Source of the DNA: Blasia pusilla
Taxonomy: Eukaryota
Assembly (NCBI GenBank): GCA_050084515.1
Contig: CM114271.1
Coordinates: forward strand, 10,168,001 to 10,232,000
DNA length: 64,000 nucleotides
Direction of reading: 5' to 3'
Below the pieces are notes generated by a model. It was not told the DNA's origin, made no database searches, and saw only the letters and a program-made list of their open reading frames with translations. Of the stretch, positions 53,558 to 64,000 are shown piece by piece. The translations under genes were made by a program, and so were the position numbers. How positions within the stretch are numbered: position 1 is the first letter of the stretch; the number at the start of each line of letters is the position of its first letter.

Positions 53558-55965
53558 TGTCATGGTAGATGAGGCGTAGGGCGAGATAGTATCGAGGCCT
53601 TAGAGGGGTCTTGTACTTCCCTATTTTGAGAGGTCATATGTGACCTGCTCTTAGGAGGTGACCTACAAGTGTAGGTCATCCTTCCCTTTATGAGGAGTGG
53701 CAACCTTGGAGAGGTTGACCTTCCCAACTATGTATGCCTCCACTTGGACCTATAGGGTCATGGGTTAGTTGGTAGTTGGTCTCTTGAGGGGACCACATGT
53801 GTAGTTGTTAGGGAGCTAGTATGGGTGTACTACAAGTTGGTAGTGACCTGCTAGAAGGGAGGTCACATGTGTGTAAGGTCACGAAGTGCATGTATTCAGC
53901 TTGGATTCTCTCTTGAAGAGTGGGCTAGGAGTGATCAATAACGAGATCACAAATTTTGGGAATCCTTGTGTATACTTTCTCTTGCTGTCACACTAGTGCG
54001 TATCAAAATCATGAGTATGGCTGTTTGGATGAATCACGGTTGATTGCAGATTTCATCAAAGTTTACAGTCCATATTCAACTTTATATCCTAAGGAGATGC
54101 ACGATGGTTCTCAATAGAAGAGAACGTGGGACTCAAGTTGTGGTATAGAGCACAATTGTGGTGCTGTGGGGTTTTGCAAGAATTGCAAGCTAGTGTATCC
54201 AGACCATGCAAGAGGACATGGGGCAGAAGAATTGCTGAAATTGAAGTGAGATGTTCAGAATTGAGAAATCTGTGCAATGCGACAGATGCGACAGGATTTG
54301 AAGAGGGGAGGCTTCTCAATCCCGGTGGAGTTGCTCAAGAGTGGACCAATTAAGAATCAAATTATAGGGACAGAGTTCTTGAGACAATTATGGCGAGGAA
54401 ATCAGTGTCAATTGTGAACTGATTGAGTGTGGACAAGTCAGCAATTGCGTGGGCACTTCGTTGTTGATTTTGAGTGAGGTGTGCTTGATTCTGGACCAAA
54501 TCAGATGAATATTGGGCAAGAGGAAAATCAAGCAAGAAGCGAATGTAAGGAGGGCATAATGATGTTTGATTGTGCAAGTTTCTGTGAGAGCTGAATTTGC
54601 AATTGGAAAGATCGCAAAAATATGAGTCCAACGGTGAAAACGAGACCAAAAATAGAGCTGATTTGAGAAAGATTCCAAAAAGATTCCCCGCAACCACATA
54701 GATTCTCTGAGATGAGCGGATCACCGGTGAGGAAAGGGTAGAAGAGGAGCGCTAGAGCTGTTGTGTGAGGCATTAGAACATAATTTCTGGTAGCCCTTGT
54801 TTGGAAAGTGAGAAGGAGTGAGAAGGAGGAGAGCTCTTCATTAAATCGGAACTGAAGTTCCGATTTCCCATGTGAACGCGGTTCAAGAAAGGCAAGGAAG
54901 AAGCTACCATGTAGCTTTCCCTCGGTGAGAGGTTGAGAAAGTTTTGGGGTGCTGCTAGTATGGAGGATCTAGCGCCACTAGTTTGGAGCCGTTATTGGAG
55001 CATAGCTAGGACTGCTACCCACAAAGTTAGTGGAATTGAAGGAGGCATGAGAACTTAAGTTCCGGTTCAGGAGAGCCCTCCCAAGCGGAAATTTGGAGCA
55101 GAGTGGCAAAGTGGGAATCGGAATTGAAGTTCTGATTTAGTAGCAAGGGCCGAGTCACCGGAAGGGCGCGGCACGGCACGGCGCGGCAAGGGTGACAAGG
55201 AGCTGAAAAAGGGATTTGGAACTCAAGTTCCATTTCAAGCATAGTTGAGCCAAGGCATGGTTCAACTGCATGGTGGTCATCTTGACGACATAGCAGAGCT
55301 TGGCGCGGTGGGAGTGACAAGGAAGCAAAGAGGATTGGGAACTCAAGTTCCAATTGTGTATGAGTTGGAGAATAGTGGAGCGTCTCAATTGCAGTTGACT
55401 ACGGCGTGGCATAGTGCGGCGGCGTAGGGAAGTGAAGTGGAGTGAAGTGAGGAGGAAATTGGAACTTAAATTCCCATTCCACTCTTCACTTGAGGGTTTT
55501 CTCTTCAGGGAGGTGGAGATGACAGGAAGGAGGCAATCAGAGCTCTAGTTCTGATTTTGCTCCTCAGTTGTGGGTTCTCTTGAGGGAGGTGGAGAGGATA
55601 GTGAGGACAATCAGAACTCAAGTTCTGATCCCCTTTGGCACGGCCCAAGGATTGAGTTCGGCGTGACTCTCAAATTTAGCACAACGTTTAGAGGAAGGAG
55701 AGGAGAACCGGAATTGAAGTTCCTATTTTGCGGCCTCTCAAGTGGGGCGCGGCTCTTCTTCAAGCGCGGCGAGGGAGGAAGGAGAAAGAATCAAAACTGA
55801 AGTTCCAATCCGCGGAGTGTCAAGTCGGCGTGGCTCTCCCTACCAAGGCGGGGCGTGGCGTGTGAAGCAAAGAGGGAGGAGTCAGCAATTGGAACTGAAG
55901 TTCCAATTGTTGGGCACTCAGAAGTGGAACTCAAGTTCCAATTCTGTATTAGTTGGAGAACAGTG
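53558..55965 (+). repeat. Long LTR-like direct repeat, copy 2; probable 5' LTR/UTR of the gypsy-like copy downstream
   Basis: Same TGTCATGG start as copy 1; followed by gag at ~56.2 kb. Confidence 0.75.
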
Positions 55966-56214
55966 AAGTGTTGATCTCAAGTGAGATAAGTGGGGGCATG
56001 TCCACAGTTTGGGCATTGTCTAGTGCAAAGCTAGTGGTTGGGGAGTAAGTTATAGTAGTTTTCAGGTTTCACCACGGCGCATCCACATAGTATTGGGGAG
56101 CGTGGTAGTGGTAGAAGTGGCGGAGAATTTACACGAAGTGGGGCTAGGTATCAAGGGTTTCCACACAAGGAACCACGTTAGCCGTCACTTGTAGTTACTC
56201 CAGAGGTAACGTCA

Positions 56215-59200
56215 GTGGATTCTCAATTACTCGAGAGGCCACGGAGTGTCACGCGTGTCGCCACACTGTTGTTATGGGACATGGGTAATCGCGATATGTA
56301 TGGGTCCATGAGGGGACCCCGACGGTTCTCAGCCATGGTGGGAACCATCAAGTTGGATGATTTTATGGAGGAGTTTGATAGTTGGTGTGATGCTGAGAGG
56401 ATGCGGAACCAACAAAGATTCGACCCCTTTATGGCATGGAAGGGACTTTTTTCAGCATCTCAAGGGCCCTCCTATGGATGATTATCACGAGTTTTGGATT
56501 CTCCATGAGGCGGAGATGGAGGCGTGAAGACTATTATGGTCTCCAGGATATGTGTCCCTCACAAGATGTCCGATGTATGATGTGGTGGCTGCAATAGCAC
56601 CCGCTAACCGCACGGAGGATACACTTGGAGGAGTTGTGGACCCGAGTCTTACAAGTGTGACCAACTAAGTACCACCCGCGTTCAACCTGTTGGTCGAGTT
56701 CTTCCAAGAGTTGGGGAGGAACTATCAGGGGTGAGGACTGACAAGCTGAAGTCGATTCATGAGTTTCAGCGAAGAGCTGGAGAGAGTCTTCGAGAGGCCT
56801 ATGCACGGCTCCGATGGTTGATCACAGCAACTCAGGGTGTGATAGAGGCACAAGCGGTTCAGTTCTAGTATGCGATGCTAGACCGCGAGTTGCATAAGAG
56901 AGTGCAAGATGCAACTCTCTTACATGTTGGTTCATCTACTCTCAAGTCTGTATTTTTTTTGGCAGAGCGGAATGAGCTCAACATACTTGAGGAGAGAGTT
57001 TTGACAACAGGCGCATCATCTTCGAGGGAGATGACACGAGTGATGGTGTCTCCATTAGTGCCGCAGCGCACCACTTGAGATAGAGTCATATGCATGGGAT
57101 CGAGGGCTACGGGAGGATACCGAGAGCCGGGACCACAACTTGTTCAGTCATACACTGGGCAGCAAGGCTCAGGTATTTCTTGTTGGACGTGTGGAGGATC
57201 ACATCGTTAGCAAGATTGTAGACAACAGAGTGGAGTGCAGGAAGCACCACCAACTGTATATGAGGCGGCCCAGGGGAGGCCACCCTTACCTCAGTGAGAT
57301 CATTGCCAGAGATATGGGCACACACGTGAGAGATGTTTTGAGCTCCATCTCGAGCTGCGCCTAGAGGAAGGTCAAGGACCTGGAGGTGGCAAAGGATGAG
57401 GTGTATAAGAAGTCAAGGATCTGTGGAGGCAGGATCCCACCACCTGCCAGAGCAAGTGCAGCACTTGCATCAGAGGCAATTTTGGCGAGGATTGCTCAGT
57501 TGGAGCAACGCCTTCAGGCTATGACGGCCTAGCAGGCATCTACATCAGGTGTAGGAAACGCGTCAACTTCTGGATTTTCTCAGACCTAGGATATGGCGGA
57601 AGATCTAGGAGGTATGGGATTTTTGTGCAACACCGCACAGGTGGATCCAGATGCAGTGGTTACAAGAGGTGCGGCGAGAGCTTCTGAGCCACGAGGATCC
57701 GATATGGAGTTGGATCCCCAGAGGGAAGAATCAAGCAAGCAGGCTAGACTTCCCCAATCTTTTACATTGTCAGAGGCTCTTCGGACCCCATCGATGGTCC
57801 CTAGACGGCCTTTGAGGAGTGTTGTTATCATAGATGCCGATGCAGTTAGAGGAGCAAGTGAAGCAAGTATGTCTACTACGCCTATGCAACATTCAACACG
57901 ACCTAGTACTGGTATTGAAGATTGAGTTACAATCAAGCTCATGAGACACCTTAACTGCTACATTTGGCACTCACACGAAGTAGGGAAGCTTAATCTTGGT
58001 TAGTCAATTAAGCACGATTATCTTAACTAGGGTTAGTTAATCACAATTAGGCTAACTCAAGACTATGATTAAGGATAGGGTTAGGGTTGCTTGTACATAC
58101 CCTATATAATTGAGAAGAGGACCAGCCTCCACTCATTCTCTCATTGCAAATTTTGTTCTCCATGGTGGTGTGTGTGTGTGAGAGAGAGCAGTTTTCCACC
58201 AATTATGCTTGTTTAGCAGTTTTCCACATGGTATCAGAGCGGGAGGAGAACATCACTTGAAATTCTTGGTGTTTGAAGAGAGAAGAGAGGCAAGAGGAGG
58301 CACAATTTCAGTTTGGGAGAAGGAAATTTTTATTCTGAGCTCAGTGGGTGCAGATTTCAAGTGGAGCTTTGATGGTGATAAAACTTTGGAGGCATTTTTT
58401 AGGGCTTTCCCGGTCGATTCATCCATCAGGGTTTGAAGCGTCTAGACAGACGCCAAAGAATAGTTCTAGCCATCTTTTAGAGCTCATCGAGAGCTTTCCA
58501 ACGCATCCAAAATCGCTTGATTTTGACACTCTGAGCTCCTGCAGCAGCAATTTCAGTGTAGGAAAGTGCAATTAGTGAAGAAAAGTTATGCAGTTTGCTC
58601 TCTACAGGCCAATTTCAACTAGTTCTTTCATACAGTTGATCAATTTTGGTAAATTTCAGGTCGCTTTCTGTGTAGGAGTAGTCTATGCTTCAATTGGAGC
58701 AGGAGAAAGCCTGAACTTACATTTTTTGTGAATGAAATAGTTTATCATGGAGTATTCCTCAGAAGCAATCACATGCGAGAAGCTAAGACAAGCAGAATTA
58801 CAATGTCTTGAAATTTTGCATGAAACAATTTCTCATGGGTCAAAAACTATGGGAGCTTGTCATAGGTGATTAGGCCAAGCCAGAAGGTGACTCAACAGAC
58901 TTGAATGTTCGCATTTGGAACCAATGCGCAAGACAAGTAATCCATTACATTTCAATAACGATTAGTTCGCCAATGATAGGTCACATCCAAGATGTTGATA
59001 TTCCGAAGGAGGCCTGGGATGCATTGGAAAAGTTGTTCCAGATATCTACAAAGGGCACAAAGCTTCAATTGAAACATCAATTGAACAAAGTGAGGAAAGG
59101 ATCGCAGAGCATCAATGATTATATTTTGAGTATCAAACATATTATTGATAAGTTGAATAGCATTCGAGTGACAGTAGAAGATGATGATCTGATCTTATTC

Positions 59201-62200
59201 ACTCTTCAAGGCCTTCTAAAGGATTACAAGTCCTTTAAGACCTCTATCTCTATAAGAGAAAAGTATCCAACCTTTCAAGAGTTAGTTCCTTTGTTGATTA
59301 GTGAAGAGATACGTCTAGTAGGTAGCGGTAGCTCATCTAGTCTGCAAGATAGTGTGCCATTTGCAGGTTATGGATCAAATAGAGGCAAAGGTCGAGGCAG
59401 AAACTTCCGTGGTCATGGTGGATATCAAGCATATGGAGGAAGAGGCACTCAATATAACGTCACTCAATCAACTACGAATCAGTACCAGACGCAATCACAT
59501 GGTGGTGATGGTGGAAACCGTTGGGGTCAAGTTCAGCAGCAGAGGGTCCCTGAATCTTCCAATTACTGTGGGATAAAGGGTCACTATGCAAAGTTTTGCT
59601 TCACGAAGAAGGCAGATATGAGAATAGTAGCCTTACAGCAACAAAACTATGTGGAGCAACAACACCAAGAGCAGCACCAAGATCAGCAACATTCACAAAC
59701 GGAGCATCTCTTGGTCATGACTCATCATATGGGAGCAATGGCCAAGAAAGACTCGACAGCAGATTGGTACATTGCCTCCGGTGCATCAAATCACATGACC
59801 TCACAAGCGAAATGGTTCAGTAGTTTGGAGCCGGTGAAAGACCCTGCAATTGTGCTCATAGGATATGACACTCAACATCATATCACGCATACCGGTAAAG
59901 TTCCAATAGCATCAGATGGTCTTTGTGCTTTTGGAAATATTTTCTATGTTCCTACCATTGCAAGAAATCTGATCTCTGTAGGACTGATAGTAGAACAGGG
60001 TTATCAAGTGAAGTTTAACGCAGATGGTTGTTTCATTGAAACAATGGATGACCAGACTACGATAGCCAAAAGACCTAGATCTGGCAGAATGTTCAAATTA
60101 GATATTTCTATGCCAGAGATTCAAACAACAATGTATGGTTAAACCGGACAACAAGTCACAGATCTAAATGTGTGGCATAAAATAATTAGACATATGAATC
60201 TTCAAAGATTACAGAGTCTTTCATCATCTAATATAGTAATAGGACTCCCTAAATTAGCGAGTCTTGCTACGTTAGAGGTATGTCCTACTTGCCAATTTGG
60301 AAAACAACCTAGATTTCCTTTTCCAAAGCAAGGTAGAAGAGCATCCAAGATTTTGGAGTTGATCCATAGTGATATGTGGACAACATCACAATAGAGCCTT
60401 AGTGATTGCCAATACTTTGTTTCATTTATTTATGACTTCTTTGGGTATATATGGGTATACTTTTTGAAAGCCAAGTTAGAGGTATCCTCAATGTTCCAAA
60501 CATTTAGAGTTCTCGTATAGAAGCAGACTGGACAACACATTCTGAAATTGCATTGTGATGGAGGAGAGTATCTTTCAACAGAGTTTGATGACTATTTACA
60601 TCAGAACGGCATCCAACGTCAAGTGACTTGCCGCTACATTCCACAACAAAATGGAGTGGCCGAGAGGAAAAATCGACATATTGTTGAAGCGGCACGAGCT
60701 ATGCTGAATGAGAAGAACATGCCTAAGGTGTATTGGGCAGAGGCTGTAGTATGTGCAGTCTTCTTAATCAACTGAACTCCAACAGCAAGAGTTCATGATA
60801 AAACTCCATTCGAAGTCTTCACAAGAAGTAAACATGATTTTTCCTTCTTGAAAGTATTTGGTTGTATCTCTTATGCTCATATTCCTTCTGAGAGACGTCA
60901 GAAATTAGACCCCAAGTCTGAAAGATGTATCTTCATTGGCTTTGCTGATGGAACTAAGGGATATAAGTGCTACATTCCATCCCTTAGGCAGCTTATTATT
61001 AGTCGGGATGTTGTCTTTGATGAGCTTAAGTCATGGTATGCTCCATCTGAGCCTATTCCACCTCTAAACTTGTCTATTGAGGGGGATAATATGACTATAA
61101 ACCAACAGACATTGTCTTCAACTTCCTCAAGTACTAGTGCAGGATTAGGAGAGATTCTAGATTCATCCATTAAATCCGTGAGTCCATGGACGGAAAGAGT
61201 ACATATTCAGTCTGTTAACACTAGTCAGAGCTCGAGTCAGGTGTAGAGATCAAGTAGAGTTAGACATCCAGTTCATAGATTCATAAATGAAGGTTTCCTT
61301 GCGACACATCATGCATATATGATGACTACCCTTCAAGAGCACGAGCCGAGTTATTTTGAAGAAGCTGCGAGTAAAGCCGAATGGATTGAAGCTATGGAGG
61401 AAGAGCTTGCTGCATTAAGACATCAACAAACATGGGAGCTGGTTGATATACATTCCGGTAAGAAAGCTATTGATTACATACGCCCTACAAGAGTTGGGTT
61501 TTAGGGTATGTGATTCTCACTCCTCATTATTTGTCTTGAGAGGACAAGATCATACAGTTCTCATTGTGTTGTATGTTGACGATCTCTTGATTACTGGGAG
61601 CACTGAAGAAATGGTACAACAAGTCAAGCTTAAGTTACAAGCAGAATTTGATATGAAGGACTTGAGAGAACTCAAGTACTTCCTTGGTATTGAGTTTATC
61701 AACATTGGAGAGAGCATGTGGTTACTACAACGACAATATGCTCTTCATATGCTTTCAAAATATGGTATGACGGCTTCTAAGCCAATCTCTACACCGTTGG
61801 AGCAGAGCGTGAAGCTAAGAGTGGATGAAGGATAGCTACTTGCACATTCTTATACGTACAGGTGCATGGTTGGAAGTTTAATCTATCTTACTTTAACCAG
61901 ACCAAATTTGAGCTATGCTATTGGTCTAGTGAGCCACTTTATGCAAGCATCTTGAAAATCTCACCTTGATGCTGTGAGGAGGATTATGCGGTATGTGAAA
62001 TTCTCTATTCAATTCGGGCTTCAATTTGAACCTTCTCCGGATTTTCAATTGCAGGGATTCATAGATGCTGATTGGGCAGGAAGCGTGTCTGATCGACACT
62101 CCACATCGGTTTATTCATTTACTTTGGGTAGCGCAGCTATAAGTTGGGCTTCAAAGAAGCAACCTACAGTTGCTTTATCTTCAATAGAGGCTAAGTATAG

Positions 62201-63492
62201 AGGAGCAACCAATGCAGCATGTGAGGTGGTGTGGCTTCATCGATTACTTGTTGAGATTGGTGTTAGTAACTTAGGACCTAGTGTAATATACGCAGAAAAT
62301 ATTAGTAGCATCAAGCTTGCTAATAACCATGTGTTTCATGCTCGTACAAAACATGTTGAGGTGCACTATCATTTTATCAGAGAGAAAGTGCTTGCAGGAG
62401 AAATTGATCTTGTGTATATAGATACAGATTAGCAAATTGTTGACATCTTTACAAAGGCATTATCTAGAGATAAGTTTGAGATGTTTAGAAAGGATTTAGG
62501 CGTTAGAGATATCGATATGAGCTTGAGGGGGAGTATTGAAGATTGAGTTAGAATCAGGCTCATGAGATACCTTAATTGCTATATTTGGCACTCATACGAA
62601 GTAAGGGAGCTTAATCTTGGTTAGTCAATTAAGCACGATTATCTTAACTAGGGTTAGTTAATCACATTTAGGCTAACTCGAGACTATGGTTAAGCATAGG
62701 GTTAGGGTTGCTTGTACATACCCTATGTAATTGAGAAGAGGACCAGCCTCCACTCATTCTTTCATTGCAAATTCCGTTCTCCATCGTGGTGTGTGTGTGA
62801 GTGTGAGAGTAGTTTTCCACCAGTTATGCTTGTTTAGCAATTTTCCACAACTTACATGTTACGAGAGATGGCAACGGCTTTGTGTAGCATCCCATTATTT
62901 ATGGCCAGAGATTTGTTGACATGTGGAGGTCGACCTGTTGATGTTTTTCAGTTGGCGCCGATGCTCTGTGAGAGCGATGAGTTTGGTTCTTCTAGTGTTG
63001 AGATTCGCACAGGAGATGTGGCAAAGGTACCCTTGGAGCACGTGTTCAGGACAAGGACCACAAAGAGTTGGCATGCAGTAGCGGCTAGAGTGGCAGAGTT
63101 GCTAGCTAGACGAGCGATGATGCGTGCAGCTGTCTCACCAGAAGTTGCTGTCTTGGACAACCAAGATGGAGTTTTCCACTTGGTTGGTCCATCCAGAGTC
63201 GTGTATCGACCGCAGAGAGTGTTATTTGATTCACGAGCATAACCCTTTATGTTGGGGAAGGCGGAATTTATATCGATGGGATTGCAGAAGTGTGAGATCA
63301 CTCTATGTCCATTCCAGATTCAGACTTCACTGGGAGGCACATCCCTGACACAGTTCATGACTCGTGATAAGATTGGAGTGAGGATTTGGCCTGATCATCC
63401 TACAGATAGTGCAATGGTGCGAACGCGAGCGGTTGTGACATTGGCCGAGTCTTATGATGTTTTGGTAGGGGCTACCATATTGTATCCTCTAG
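56215..63492 (+). mobile_element. Second copy of the gypsy-like family (gag, protease), split by a copia insertion and truncated before the DNMT position
   Basis: Gag GTIKLDDFMEEFDSWCD and ESLREAYARLR (56215-57912). Protease RVLFDSRA*PLMLGK..ESYDVLVGATILYPLG (62850-63492), homologous to 30230-30890. Confidence 0.82.
57913..62849 (+). mobile_element. Ty1/copia LTR retrotransposon, two LTRs, degenerate, internal RT deletion
   Basis: 316-bp LTRs at 57913-58228 and 62534-62849. PBS TGGTATCAGAGC at 58229-58240. PPT GAGGGGGAG. Gag, protease WYIASGASNHMT, integrase PQQNGVAERKNRH, RT LYVDDLLI, RNase H DADWAG..FHARTKHVEVHYHFIRE. Confidence 0.96.
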
Positions 63493-64000
63493 GCATACAA
63501 TACCACTTGTGCATCTTGTTGTTGTGAATGGTCAGGCATCTCTCTATCATCCAACCCTCCATAATCCCCTCCATGGAAATTATCGTATTGGGCAAAACCG
63601 TCATTCAACATTTGATATATGTCAACTCCTTCATCTACACCATGTTCGTGTACACTTGCGGTCTTAGGAAACACAACTCCTTCTACTTGAGTTTGACTCC
63701 CTTCTATAGCAGAAGTAACGATAGTGGCTTGATGAAGCCTACTATCACGCTCATCTTGCAAGCACCATTCTTCATTGGAGGAGTCAAATTCCTCTATGCC
63801 TTCCCAGATCCTACAAAGGGGGAAGAGTTGGTGTTTTTGTAGATGCTCTTCTACCTTATGCAAAGATATACTCTTATAACCCTTACAAAGATTACAAGGA
63901 TACCTAACACGACTTTGCCCATCCCTCCTTGCCCTGGCGTGCTCTTGACGCCATAGCTTAAGGTCATGTCTTGCAACTCTCTCAACATTGTTGAGAGGTT
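63493..64000 (-). pseudogene. CACTA transposase-associated N-terminal fragment
   Basis: RVRYPCNLCKGYKSISLHKVEEHL..FPLCRIWEG..DSSNEEW resembles the CPC..C/HL N-terminal region of En/Spm transposases. Confidence 0.55.

Noticed and set aside
49813-55965. The two long direct repeats as the LTR pair of one complete element
   Set aside because: No PBS, PPT or coding region lies between them and no TSD was found. They are better read as separate or nested copies.
58076-58088. TAGGGTTAGGGTT telomere-like motif in the copia LTRs
   Set aside because: Only two units; a telobox-like promoter motif, not a telomeric array.

Overview
Eukaryotic, repeat-dense DNA, most likely from a seed-free land plant (inferred from the TE types). 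It holds one intact host gene in a stack of nested transposons. The gene (14557-16197, minus strand, no introns) encodes a receptor-like kinase with a signal peptide, two hevein/CBM18 chitin-binding domains, a transmembrane helix and a non-RD kinase. Several TEs carry chromatin or DNA-modification cargo that the ORF track hides behind frameshifts and introns. (1) A Mutator-like element (~18.1-28.7 kb) has a GCM-like/DDE/SWIM transposase paired head-to-head with a beta-class N6A/N4C DNA amino-methyltransferase-like gene; introns of both genes are filled with one ~25-bp palindrome. (2) A Ty3/gypsy element carries a C5-cytosine methyltransferase after its protease. (3) A gypsy integrase remnant ends in a PHD finger. 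(4) A 13.5-kb CACTA element (perfect CCT TSD) carries EDM2-like PHD fingers. Also present: a chromovirus, a Ty1/copia element with TA...CA LTRs plus its solo LTR, a LINE and a solo LTR inside a (CT)n tract, a Helitron helicase fragment and two MITEs. All domain calls come from manual translation and motif recognition; no searches were run, and boundaries without a TSD are approximate.
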